From NCBI GenBank assembly GCA_010909165.1, contig VJWM01000134.1, forward strand, positions 248,001-312,000: a stretch of 64,000 nucleotides of DNA, written 5' to 3'. Made by a program: the position numbers and the translations under genes. The notes below the pieces were generated by a model, which was given only the letters and a program-made list of their open reading frames with translations, had not been told where the DNA came from and searched no databases. Source of the DNA: Anthoceros angustus (lineage: Eukaryota > Plantae > Anthocerotophyta). Below, piece by piece: positions 26,918 through 38,792 of this stretch (positions are counted from its first letter, which is position 1; each line of letters opens with the position of its first letter).

Positions 26918-29900
26918 TGTGAATTCTGAGCATGAGGTATGCACGCGTTTGTGATCGAGGCGGGGGGGGCAGGAAGCACGAGACTCGGATGCACAAAATT
27001 GATTAAGTGAATAAACAAATGTCTCAAGCATGTTTTATACTAAACCCTAATACTGAAAGGATATAAAAGTAATTCTATATATGTCCAACCCTAACCAGAC
27101 ATAACTAACTTAAGCATAGTCCAGGGTTAATCATAATTTAACACTCCCTCTTAAGCTGGATAGGCTTAAGCAGGTATCACACGCGGGACTTGACGCTCAC
27201 CAAACAACTCGAGCACTCCCGGACACCGCTGAACAACGTGAGCCAGCGATGGCGATCCATCTGGCCCCAACCATAGCTTATATCTTGGTGTTCCTATACA
27301 CAATTACAGAGCTCCTGATTTCAGTCGCGATGAGGATGAGTGAGCCCAGAGCTGCATCAAGCTCTCAGTCCTGTACCCAGGAACCTGAGATCGTGACGGA
27401 GGGTGACACAAGCCGTGTGTGTGTAGGCCAATATCTCAACATCCGGGGGTTCAGAATCGAGCTGAACATCTCGTTGAGCTGGAAACGGCCTACACCGAGT
27501 GCTAATGGCGAGGCGGTAGTTGCTACCATTGGAGGAGGAAGTGGAGTGGAGGGGCTCACGCGGCTTAGGGAGGCGGTGAAGCTCAGCTCGATTGAGGAGG
27601 ACGGGAGTATGGACAATAGCCAGCCCGAGCGATCAGTGCCGAGCTTCATCCGTCTGCTGGTTGTCGTTCTGTTGAATCGAAGATGTTTTACCACGCTTGT
27701 CTTGGGCAGGTGAAATACAACCCTGGTGGGGGGAAGAAATAACATTCAAATCAGGGAGCAAAGGCTTCCACCCCCACACCATCCAGATAAGCGCTTCAGT
27801 TGTTCACTTTGCATCCTTGATGATGTGGACTTTCAGGTCTTGAAGGCCAAGCCCTTCCATATCTTGATAATGCTTTGTTTTGGGCGAGCCTTGGTCAACA
27901 CATCGGTAGTGTTCGCGTGTGGACATAATCCACTTTGACAACGACGCTCAACCACATCCGGATGTAGTGGTCTTTGTATTTCTATATTTTGTGCGGGCAT
28001 GAAATCTCGGATTAGCGAGCTAAAGCGGACATGTTATCACACAAGAGAGGGGTTGGCTTCATCTGCTGCCCTAAGTCAGGAAGGTCCTCTCCCATTACGC
28101 TTCTTTTGATGCATCAATAAGGCTCTTGTATTACGCCTCTCGAGGAGAGGCTATAGATACTGCTTTCTGACTCGATTAATTCTTGCATCGCCAAAAGCGA
28201 TGGTAGATAGGCTCACTTTCTTGTCTCGGATGCCCAATCCGCATCCGTAAATCCCATAAAGTAAGTTGTCACGACCCTTTGCAGTCTGCTGGGGCGGATC
28301 TTGCCGCTCGCTCACGCCGTCCGTCGCTTCTCCTCTTCAATCCGGGCGAGGGACTCGCCTTCCTCACAGGCGGCTTGGGCGGCCGCCGCTTGAGCTCCAC
28401 CATCCTCCGTCGGGTGGCCTCTACCTCCTGCGTCTTCTCTGCTGCCCCACAGCTAGACCCCATAACATGCCGTCCATGGCGTGGCCCGGCCACTACTGCG
28501 TGTCTCCTCCCGCGCCCGCCGCGATACGCCTGGGCCTCTTGGGCCTTCGGGCATCTCCCGGTCCGCTAAGGACCGCTAGATCGCACTCCAGAGTAGCTCC
28601 GGATTAGGGGCTCTGGACCCAATCAGGACTCCCAAGTCCTGTCCGTCCGGAGTAGGTCCGTCCACCTCCTTGTGTGAATTTACGAGCATGAGGTATGCAC
28701 GCGTTTGTGATCGAGAGCTGAGGGGAACAGAAGCACGAGACTCGGATGCACAAAATTGATTAAGTGAATAAACAAATGTCTCAAGCATGTTTTATACTAA
28801 ACCCTAATATTGAAAGGATATAAAGTAATTCTATATATGTCCAACCCTAACGAGACACTTAAGCATAGTCCAGGTTAATCATAATTTAACACTCCCTCTT
28901 AATTTGGATAGGCTTAGCGGTATCACACGGACTTGACGCTCACCAAACAACTCGAGCACTCCGGACCTGAACAACGTGAGCCGGATGGCGATCCATCCGC
29001 CCCAACCATAGCTTATATCTTGGTGTTCCTATACACAATTACAGAGCTCCCGATTTCGATCGCGATGAGGATGAGTGAGCCCAGTGCATCAAGCTCTCGA
29101 TCCTGCCGGGAACGAGATCGTGTGAGGGTGACACAAGCCGTGTGTGTAGGCCAATATCTCAACATCCGGGGGTTCAGAATCGAGCTGAACATCTCGTTGA
29201 GCTGGAAACGGCCTACACCGAGTGCTAATGGCGAGGCAGCCGAGTTGCTACCATTGACGGAGGAGGAAGTGGAGTGGGAGGCTGAGCTGCTCACGCGGCT
29301 TAGGGAGGCGGTGAAGCTCAGCTCGATTGAGGAGGACGGGAGTATGGACAATAGCCAGCCCGAGCGATCAGTGCCGAGCTTCATCCGTCTGCTGGTTGTC
29401 GTTCTGTTGAATCGAAGATGTTTTACCACGCTTGTCTTGGGCAGCGATAAATACAACCCTGGTGGGGGGAAGAAAACATTCAAATCGGGGAGCAAAGGCT
29501 TCCCCACACCATCCGGATAAGCGCTTGATTGTTCACTTTGCATCCTTGATGATGTGGACTTTCAGTCTTGAAGGCCAAGCCCTTCCATATCTTGATAATG
29601 CTTTGTTTTGGGCAGAGCCTTGGTCAACACATCAGCCGTGTTCTCGTCTGTGTGGACATAATCCACTTTGACAACAGCACGCTCAACCACATCCCGGATG
29701 TAGTGGTGCTGTATTTCTATATATTTTGTGCGGGCATGAAATCTCGGATTGGCAACGAGAGCTAAGGCGGACATGTTATCACACAAGAGAGGGGTTGGCT
29801 TCATCTGCTGCTGCCCTAAGTCTGTAAGGAAGGTCCTCTCCCATTCTGCTTCTTTTGATGCATCAATAAGGCTCTTGTATTCTGCCTCTGTCGAGGAGAG

Positions 29901-30029
29901 GGCTATAGATGCTGCTATGACTCCTTAATTCTTGCATCGCCAAAAGGAAAGAGGTAGATAGGCTCACTTTCTTTGTCACTCGGATGCCCAATCCGCATCC
30001 GTAAATCCCATAAGTAAGTTGTCACGACC
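26522..30029. repeat. About 1.75-kb tandem duplication (26522-28272 / 28273-30029) of the copia 3' end plus host flank
   Basis: Host-ORF fragment, 3' LTR, PPT, post-pol region and RNase H are all present twice; GACC microhomology at the junction. Confidence 0.9.
26918..27143 (-). repeat. Copia 3' LTR (duplicated copy)
   Basis: TG...CA ends; matches 28673-28891 and 35000-35213; PPT AAGAGGGAG (minus strand) abuts at 27144-27152. Confidence 0.9.
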
Positions 30030-33000
30030 GCTTTTATAACATAAGCCGTAGGTGTGAGTCCCTTTAAATAACGAAACACTCGTTTTGCAGCAACCCAATG
30101 GGCCAGGTTCTCCAAAATTGGGAGAGTGTGCTCACGAATATTGTATGTCCGGGCGTGTCCGATTACCTACAAAGATAAGGCTTCCTATCGCGTATACGTA
30201 TGGGACATCAACCATCTCTCTTTTCTGCTTGATTGTAGACGCTGCGAGCTTGTGAGTTTAACGCCCATATGAAGGTGTAGTTGCTGGTGGTCGGTCTAAC
30301 TTGAACTTAATCAATATATCCGTATGTATTGATCGGTGGATCATGAGGAGACCCTCTGATCTTGCACGAAGTAATTGTATGCCTAGGCAGAAGCGTAGTT
30401 CCCCTATGTCCTTCATTTCATATTTGCTGCTTAGCATGATTTTGACCTCTTCTAATAGTCTGATACTGTTGGCAGCTAGGATTACATCGTCGACATAGAG
30501 TGCAAGCACTACATACTCCTGTCCTCTCGTCAGCCTATACACGTTACTGTCAGCTGCACTTTGTTTGAAGGATCTACTGAGGAGGTACAAGTGTATATTT
30601 AAGTACCAGACCCGACCACTCTGTTTTAAACCATAGATGGTTTTCAACAATTTGCACACTCGCTTGGGATATGTCTTATCTTCGTATCCTTCGGGCTGAG
30701 TCATGTAAAGATCTTCGTCCGGTCTTGTAGAGGTGGCGGTGCATCGTCCATTTGGTATAGCTCAAGATTGTATTCACGCTAGTGCTAAGATCATCACGAT
30801 AGGCGTGATCTAACAACAGGGGAAAAAGTCTCTTGATAGTCTAGGCCTTGACTTGTGTGAAGCCCTGGCGACTAATCTGCCTTATACCTAGCTATCTCAC
30901 CTTTCTCATTCGGTTTTAGCTTGAAGACCCACTTGCAAGAGATGGGTTTTCTACTGTGGAAGATCCACTAATTTCAGTCGATTCTTAACAAGGCTATTGA
31001 ATTAAATCATCCTTTGCAAATTTCCACTTGTCTTCTCTGGACTTGTAAAGCTTCTCTCAATGTTTTAGGTTCTAAGTGAATCGTGGTGGATGCGGCATGG
31101 GCGACGAGCATACGACGCGAAAGTCTATAGACTCATACCTTGGTTCATGCCACTAATCGGTGGTGGTCTATGCAGTGGACCGTCTCAAGGGTGGTTCATG
31201 TTCTACGGTCGGCTGCAATCTCGAGTTGTCTTCAAAGGTATCACCGCACAAACAAATCGGATCATCTCCATCGGTATGTCGGGATCGTGTCGTCTACAAG
31301 ATCATGGTTTTCCGCTCTTCATTGGGATTGTGATCCTCATTGATTTTCGGGTTTGCGGCATCTGCATTTCGATATCAACACGCATCGCCTCTAGGCCATT
31401 GTCCAAACCATCTTGATTATCCTGGTCATTAACAGCTGGTGGAATGGCAATGTGGTAGTGTCATCGAAATTGATTCGTGGTCTCCTTTGTTTAAAGTGTA
31501 TCTCCCTCGGAAGGTAAGATGGTTACGGCATTTTCTGATTGGTGGTTCAATGAATGTGACAGAACGAGCTAATACCACTTTGTTGTTTGCAGGGTCATAT
31601 AGCTTGTATGCTTTCGCGTTATCACTGTATCCAATAAATATGAAAGCTTGGGCTCGAGCATCCAACTTCTTTCTCTTCTCCTTTGGGATGAGAGCAAAAG
31701 CTCGGGAGCCAAACACTCGGAGGTGTAGCAGGCTTGGTTTTCGATTCCACATCACTTCATAAGGTGTTTTGGATGGGGCGGTGATCGGCTGAGCACATAT
31801 GTACAACTTGACCCGGTGGAGTGCAGGCGGGCCAGCCCAGATAAGCATCTGCGGTCATGGAGAGAAGTGTTTGATTCTTTCTTTCTCCGTTACATTGAGG
31901 AGTGTAAGGGCGATCGATTGACGTTGGATCCCTCGTTCATCTAGGAAAGCATCAAAAGCTAAGTTGTTAAACTTCGGAGCCATTATCATCCCTTGCTTGA
32001 GAAGGAGACCAGTCTGTCTCTCTACAGTGACTAACCAGTCTTGAAAAATGGGAAAGGTATCACTTTTCAGTTGTATGGGATAGGTCCATGTGTAACGGGA
32101 ATAGTCATCAGTTAGGTAGAAATAATATTGAGATCCTCCAAGAGAGGGAACATGTATTTTGCATGATATGTCTGCATGCACTAAATCCAGTGTTTGTGTG
32201 GCTCTGTAGGTAGCCTGTGTAGGAAAAGGTTGTTGTTTCTGCTTTGCAACAATGCAAGCCTCACAGGAGGGCAAGTCTTTGAAACAACGAGGCAGAGGTT
32301 CCAAATGGCACTGCTGTAAAGACATATCAACGAGCTTGTGTTTGTTGATATGGCCCAGCCGAGCATGCCAAAGGACAGCAAGTTTCTGTGATTCCTGTGA
32401 TGCAAGACCTGCTCTGTGGCGTATTGTGAAAATATCCAACCTGTACAGGTCGTTATCGGGTATGCCCTTGAACATAAGGGTCTGCAAATCTGTCTTTTTG
32501 TAGAAAGAGCAGATATCATCCATAGCACGAAGCTCATATTGTCGAAGTTGCATCAGTTTGCTCAGAGACATCAAATTCTTGGCCATGGTGGGGACATAAA
32601 GCACGTCTTCAAGGGTAAGGATTGAACCATCATGCAAGGTGAACTTACATGTCCCGTGGCCTCGTATTTTGCAGGCTCGTCTTGCTTCGTTCATCACCGA
32701 GAAGCACCTTGTCAGCACTTAGGCTAAGGGTTAACGTGAAGAACTGTTCTTTATGTGTACATATGTGGGAGGTGGCGCCAAAATCCAGGTACCAGCTGCC
32801 TGCCTCATACCATGCGCTTGTGAGACAAACTGTAAGGATCTTCACAGTAGGTTTGGTATCACCTGTTCGTGTCTCCTTGATGGCGACTGTGGCAGTGCCT
32901 TTCTGAGTACGTTGAGGTTCTCCTGCTTTCTTTTTCTTACATTCCCTTGCCCAATGGCCGATACCCACGATTGCGGTTTCACAGTGTTTTGGGCGAATTG

Positions 33001-33140
33001 AAGATGTAGAATCGGTCTCCCTCCGACCTTTGCTTTTCCTTTACTCTTGTTGGGCCTAAAACACATGTGAACACCTTTTCCGCCTTTTGCCTAAGGCCAC
33101 GGCGAGATAAAGGCGGGCACACTCTTCTGACAGTCACCAA

Positions 33141-33848
33141 TCACATCTTCACAGTGATTGTGCTAGTTGAGGAACCAGCAGCGCTGGATGGTTTTATGGG
33201 TCCGTTTTGAGTTGTGACAAAAGCCTGATAGGATGGAGGCAAGCTGGAGAGGAGCTTTGCAACTGCTTGTGACTCTGGCACTTTATCGCCAGTCAGGGAA
33301 GTAATCTGAGCTCGAAGGTGTCTAAATCGGCTGATGTGTGTTGACACTTTATCTCCCTCCTTCATCCGTAATGTAAAGTACTCCATTTGTCTGCGCAAGG
33401 ACATCATGTTTTGTTCCTGATACGTTTTTTCAAGCAAAGCCCACATGGCAGCTGATTCCCCAAGGAACTCAATGTCTGGGACAAGATCTGTGTCAAGTCC
33501 ATTTATGAGCAGAGCAACTATGCTATTGTGCTGATCCCATTTTGCAATTTCATCTGCTGTAGGTTTGGGATTGCCATTGGGATCTGGCTTCGCATATGTC
33601 CCAGCAACGACGGGCCAGACTCCACGAGCCAAGAACATGGCTCTCATGCGTACTCGCCACACACTATATTTTTGACCATTAAAACGGTCTTTCTCCTTAG
33701 TGTCTGCGGTGAATACAGGTCCAGCAGTTGCCATTGTGTTTATGCTTTGTACAGGGGATGGCTGGGTTGTGGGTATTGGCTGCAGGTTCAGTGATTGAAA
33801 CTGCTGCACCAAAGAATTCAGCAATCCATCTATCGATCCTGCGGACAT
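33141..33848 (-). CDS. Copia gag (UBN2/Retrotran_gag_2-like)
   Basis: FNGQKYSVWRVRMRAMFLARGVW...MKEGDKVSTHI...LLSSLPPSY. Confidence 0.85.
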   Translation of the reverse strand: MSAGSIDGLLNSLVQQFQSLNLQPIPTTQPSPVQSINTMATAGPVFTADTKEKDRFNGQKYSVWRVRMRAMFLARGVWPVVAGTYAKPDPNGNPKPTADEIAKWDQHNSIVALLINGLDTDLVPDIEFLGESAAMWALLEKTYQEQNMMSLRRQMEYFTLRMKEGDKVSTHISRFRHLRAQITSLTGDKVPESQAVAKLLSSLPPSYQAFVTTQNGPIKPSSAAGSSTSTITVKM

Positions 33849-34338
33849 AAAAGACCTATTTGAACGTACAGTGGCTAAGGCTCTGACAATTCAGGTAAGA
33901 ATCTATGTGTTGGCAGGATGTGTCTATGTGTGCCTAACAATGTGTTGCAGGGAAGATCTAATGGGGGGGGGCTTAGCTTGGAGGGCAACGGGTGTGGTAC
34001 ACCTGGGGCTCTGCATGCTAACCTCCCCTTCGAGTTCTTCCTGTATACATGATTAGTTTGCAAAAGGGTGCACACAAAAAAACGAAACGTTAAGCCTTTT
34101 CAATTCTAGGTTAGTAACGATTCATTTTTCTCTTGAAAACAAGCATGTACATGAAACCCTAACTGTCATGCCGCCTACCTGTGAACAGAGGTGTCTGTTG
34201 GCTGACCAGTGACATGTAGGGAGTAGTAATGAAAGGAAGGGGCACATCAGTTCAGGTGCCTCTTCAAATCTGGCACCAATTGTGCCTGCGCCTGGCACTC
34301 CAGGCTCCCTCGCGCTCGAGGCAGCGGAAGCAAGAATT

Positions 34339-34965
34339 TCATAGAACTTGGGGTGGCGGATCCTGTGGACAGGTCGAGCTTCTTTCCATTGCCATCCTCA
34401 AATTCAGACTTTGCAGGAGTTCAGAAACTTGTCTGATGTCCTGTCTTATTTCCAGGGTGTACTGGATGGCGAAATCTATCGCAAGATCCAATTCTTCCAC
34501 TCTATTCCTGATAAGTTCTTGATTTGAGATAACCAATGACAGGGATTTCTCCACCCTGATAGCTGTAGCCAGAGATTTGTCAGTAATGCTCCGGCTGCTA
34601 CTTGGTGGGTGACTGAAGTCCGTATGTCTGGAATTTGCAGGCCTACAAACGGGTGGTGGATTCTCCTGGCGCTTGTATCTGAAGCCGTCAGGGTTTATCC
34701 CTCTCCTCAAACAGCGAGATTTGAACTCAGTGTCGACAGCTTGATTCCAATCGGGTTGTTGAGAAGGGGGCTTGTGAAGTCCACACCGTGAATGTTTATC
34801 TGCAAACTTCCGTAGCCAAAGATTAGCGTAGTCCTGTTCGTAGAGATCTGTAGCTTCTTCTCGAGACCAGTTGCGTGGTTGTTGTTGAGGGTATCTCCCT
34901 CCGCGACCACCTCGGCCTCTCTTGCTCAGATCCCTGTTAGGATTACGCGTCCTCGGCATTCTCAA
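34339..34965 (-). CDS. Extra 208-aa ORF between copia 5' LTR and gag (basic RGG N-terminus, C-terminal coiled coil)
   Basis: Uninterrupted ORF in sense with gag, starting ~35 bp after the 5' LTR; no family recognised. Confidence 0.5.
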   Translation of the reverse strand: MRMPRTRNPNRDLSKRGRGGRGGRYPQQQPRNWSREEATDLYEQDYANLWLRKFADKHSRCGLHKPPSQQPDWNQAVDTEFKSRCLRRGINPDGFRYKRQENPPPVCRPANSRHTDFSHPPSSSRSITDKSLATAIRVEKSLSLVISNQELIRNRVEELDLAIDFAIQYTLEIRQDIRQVSELLQSLNLRMAMERSSTCPQDPPPQVL

Positions 34966-35213
34966 AGGACTTGATCAAGTAGCAGAGCATGAGGCTCGAT
35001 GTGAATTCTGGGCATGCCATGCGCGTTTGTGATCGAGGGGGAGCAGGCCGAGACTCGGATGCACAAAATTGATTAAGTGAATAAACAAATGTCTCAAGCA
35101 TGTTTTATACTAAACCCTAATATTGAAAGGATATAAAAGTAATTCTATATATGTCCAACCCTAACCAGACATAACTAACTTAAGCATAGTCCAGGGTTAA
35201 TCATAATTTAACA

Positions 35214-36466
35214 ACTTGGCCCTCTTCGCGGCCAATTCCTTCTCCGCTCTCCTCCTCTTCGGGTCCGGCGGAGGTGAGGGGGTCCTCGAGCTGGCTCTCT
35301 TTCCTCTCCGTGTAGGAGAGGACCGGCTCAGTGCGTTCTTGCCAATGCCCGCGGCACCTGCGGCGTCCCTCTCCGCTGGCTGCGACCTCGCTTCCGCCAT
35401 TATAGCGGCAGTGGTAACGGCGTAGGCACCGCTACTGGGACATTGGAGTCTGGCGCCTTCCGTTTGTTCCTGGTCACCCCCCTTGTCCGTCGGGGTTCGG
35501 CGGGTGGGACCGCCAGCCCTGGTCTCTGATGGCACCGGCTCAGTCAGTCGTTGCAGCAGCGGTGGCTCCGTGGGTGGCACGAGAAGGAGGGAAGCGGGAA
35601 TTGTTTCCCAGATTTCCCTTGGGGGGGAAGGGGTCCGTTCCAGGCGGATAGAATCCGGGATGCCTTCCCAGTCCTCCTCCTCTTGCGTCCGTCGCTTTTT
35701 GCTGGGCCGACTTCTCAGGTCCGATGCTGCCTCCTCGTGCTCTGCTTCTGGAAGGGTAACCCGCCCCCTCCGGAGAGCTCGCTCCTCTTCTCCTTCCTTT
35801 AGGAGGTCGAGATGTCTCCAGACATGCACAATGAACGGAGATAGGCCTGAGGGCGGAGGCCGTTCGCTTCGCAATTTCTGTGCCTCCTGCGCGATGCGGG
35901 CGTAAATGATTCGCCCCCAGTCCGCCCGCTTGCCCCTCATAAGAGCATGCAAAAACACCAGAAGGTTGTCACCCAAGTGATCAACCTTCGTGAGCATGTT
36001 CCAGTGGACAATTATCTTGGCCACTGCTCTCACCCGTCGGTCCAGGAGGTCCGACATCAACCAGCCATTCGAGGACCTCTGAGACCCGGGTCTCATCAGG
36101 GCGGCCCGGGCTGCTTCCACCTTGCCCCTCACCTTGAGGGGTTCTGGCACTACACCTCCCACTTCTGCCGCTGGGCGGTTGTAGACCGCCCAAAGGACCT
36201 CCACAGTCCAACGCCTCGGGTCCTCCCTCAGGCTCTTCGAGCGGACTGTTTTGCTCGCCACCGCCCAGCATCTTCCGGGCATACTCCCGGACCAGGGCTA
36301 CGCTGTCATAGGTCCAAGTGGCCTGGAAGACGTCGAGGTGCCACTCCTGCACCAGATCGGCCGCCTCCTCCAGCCAAGGACCAAAGTCCGGGTACCGCTT
36401 GGTGACGATGTTGCGCTCCACCAAGTGCCATGGTTCCCATTGCTCCATCGCCTTCTTGGGACCCAT
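35214..36466 (-). pseudogene. 5' half of the transposon-associated ORF disrupted by copia
   Basis: MGPKKAMEQW... frameshifts into REDPRRWTVEVLWAVYN...NGW...ADWGRII...LSPFIVHVW; the final LLNYD* is read from LTR sequence. Confidence 0.6.
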
Positions 36467-37099
36467 GGAGACACGCCGCTGCTTCTGGGGTTGCGGAGGG
36501 TCTGGTTGGGCTGTTCGCCGCGGCGCTCCTGAGCTCCTGCGAGGTCGACGCGTCGGGCTGAATAGCAGATCGCCGAAGCTGCGCTCGAGTTCGGGGAGAG
36601 AAGACGCCAGAGAGCGGGGTGCCGGAGCGCGAAAGAATGGAAGACTGTCGCCGAGTAGCCTGGAAAGATAGTCTCCGCGGTGCTGGGTGTGGAGGGTATT
36701 CGTCGCGCGGGAAGACGTCCTGCCACTGACGATAACTGCCAGCGTCCTGCATCGAGTACTGCAACTTCACGCCCGCCGCCTTCTTGGCGCTGTCCTTGGG
36801 TCGTGGTTACCTGCCAATAACGGTCGCTGACACTCCGCGGCCCCAGTCTGCTGCATGTCTGTCATCCACTCAGTACCGTCCCCGTGTCCCACTTGCCAAT
36901 TACGCCCCAAGTTCACCCCGCTGGTTATTCCACCGTCGGACTTACCTTAGTCCACTCCTGAATTACTCCGGCATTAAGTCCGAAGTACCTGTCGTTGTCC
37001 GGCGGACTCCCTTTCCTCCGTTGCCCTCGGGTCCGCTCCGCTTTATTTGTCTTCCCTCCGCTTTATTTCCACACGCAAAACACTAAACAAACAAAAAAA

Positions 37100-38506
37100 A
37101 ACTCCTAATTCCTTCTTAAAGGGGGGGAGTCTACCATTTTCCCTTGTCCACAACACCCTTCCATGTACATTATCTCTCCCAACCGCTGCATGATGTCTGA
37201 TCTTGCTGCTGCATTTTTGACCTTCTGTAGGAGATTTCTCAAGCACGCTCTCTGCACAAGCCAAAGGCACAAGAAGACTAACATGTCTGGACCAAAAGTC
37301 TGCTTGATTGCATTTATTTCTGCTTGGCAGTCGTCCACCAAAAACGCATTTGGTTGCTACATGGGAGCAACCTCACATGCCTTATCTCGCAGCACCTGTA
37401 GCCATCTTGCTATACTTGCTGCATCGGCATCTCTGCATATCACCCAAGCAACGAGCAAGCCATTCATGTGGTAAACACCAAGAGACTAATCAGCTGAAAC
37501 TGCCATTTATTGAGACCAAACGTCGTATCCATAGCCACAAGAGAGTTATGACCCCACTTTACCAACATTTCTAGCATAAACGGTGTCTGCACACCAAGAA
37601 TGAAAGTGTCTGCAGCATAAAGAAGAGGCTGTACTATCTGTACAGGGTAGAAAACTAAGTTAGTGTGAAGGTCTATCCATATACGCATACAGTCTGCATC
37701 TTGCACATGAAGTTCATAGGTTCGAGACTTCACTTCTGTCTCCATATTCTGAACATCCTTGGGACTCAGGTATTCATCCCTTGTAAACTTGTAGGTTGGA
37801 TCTGCTCGTCGTTTGGCATGAACTTCCTCTTCGTGATCAACCATGATTTGCATCTTTGTCAACTTGCACAACAATTTATCAATGACCCATGTCGTTTGGC
37901 ATCAGATAAAAAAGCAGCGAGCCTGGGAGGATGAGGTTCAGTACCAGGCATTAGATCACCGTGACAGTACTCACCCGTTGCATCAATGTGAAAACCGTGA
38001 CGAATTCTCAGCTCTGGGACCTCAGGCCACCTGAGCAATATGGTGGCATAAAACTGGAATTGGCACCCTCTCTTGATGCTGGCTTTCGCCCTTCTTGAGC
38101 CAGGACCTGTCTTTGGCCTCAGTGATGGATCCACAAAGCTGGAGGGTTTAGCACATTGACCTCGACGGTCAGTTGGTCCATATTGACAATGATACACCAC
38201 ACATTCAGATACTTGTGTGGGCCTTATAACATTCTTGGGAGCTTCCTTCGAAATCCAATGATACAGCTTGTTGAAATTTGTCGGGAACCTAGCGCTTTGT
38301 GCTTCCCCTTCCACGAAATCCACCACCCGACAAGTTGGAATGTAGGCCCTAAGCACTTGTTCCTGAACTTTCTTCCGCCCACATTCATGAGTGCCCGGCG
38401 CCCACGACAAGGCTTCTTTGGCAAATGCACCATCTGGTGGCGTCTGCACCACCAAGTCTCGGAGCTTCTCATCCGGACAGCAAGCGATACTGATCATGGT
38501 TTCCAA
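37100..38506 (-). mobile_element. Mutator-like (MULE) transposase pseudogene
   Basis: SIKRGCQFQF (WRKY/GCM1-like region); FILGVQTPFMLEMLVKWGHNSLVAMDTTFGLNK; FLVDDCQAEINAIKQTF...VFLCLW, MULE DDE core with frameshifts. Confidence 0.8.
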
Positions 38507-38792
38507 TGTTCGAGCGCGTAGAAAATCCCATAGCCGTAAACGCGTTCAAGTTCCCTTTGAGCGCACTTAATATTCAGTCAGGGGAGATTGAGCAGTCACG
38601 GGTAGGGCAGCCGGCCGGGCGGTGAGGCAGGCAGGAGATAACGGGCCGTGCTTGCCCGGGCGCGCGTTCGGTGTGCAGGCAGGCCTCGGTCCGGTTTGAT
38701 GTGTGTAAGAGAGAGAGAGCCACAAGGACGGGGCTCAACGGTCGAGGTCTGTCGTCCTTTGTCATCAATGGTTTGTGAAGAATAGGCTACGG

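Larger units (their letters stand above)
28673..35213 (-). mobile_element. Ty1/copia LTR retrotransposon, near full length, frameshifted
   Basis: LTRs of ~215 bp at 28673-28891 and 35000-35213; PPT at 28892; gag 33141-33848; zinc-knuckle remnant GHWAREC; protease WYLDFGATSH; LWHARLGH and integrase; RT LKTIYGLKQSGRVW/LYVDD; RNase H CDNMSA..HARTKYIE..ADVLTK; near-TSD CCTTG/ACTTG. Confidence 0.95.

Noticed and set aside
34975-34999. Non-canonical PBS for the copia
   Set aside because: TCGAGCCTC is more simply a deletion-damaged TGGTATCAGAGCC (Met) in an indel-rich region.
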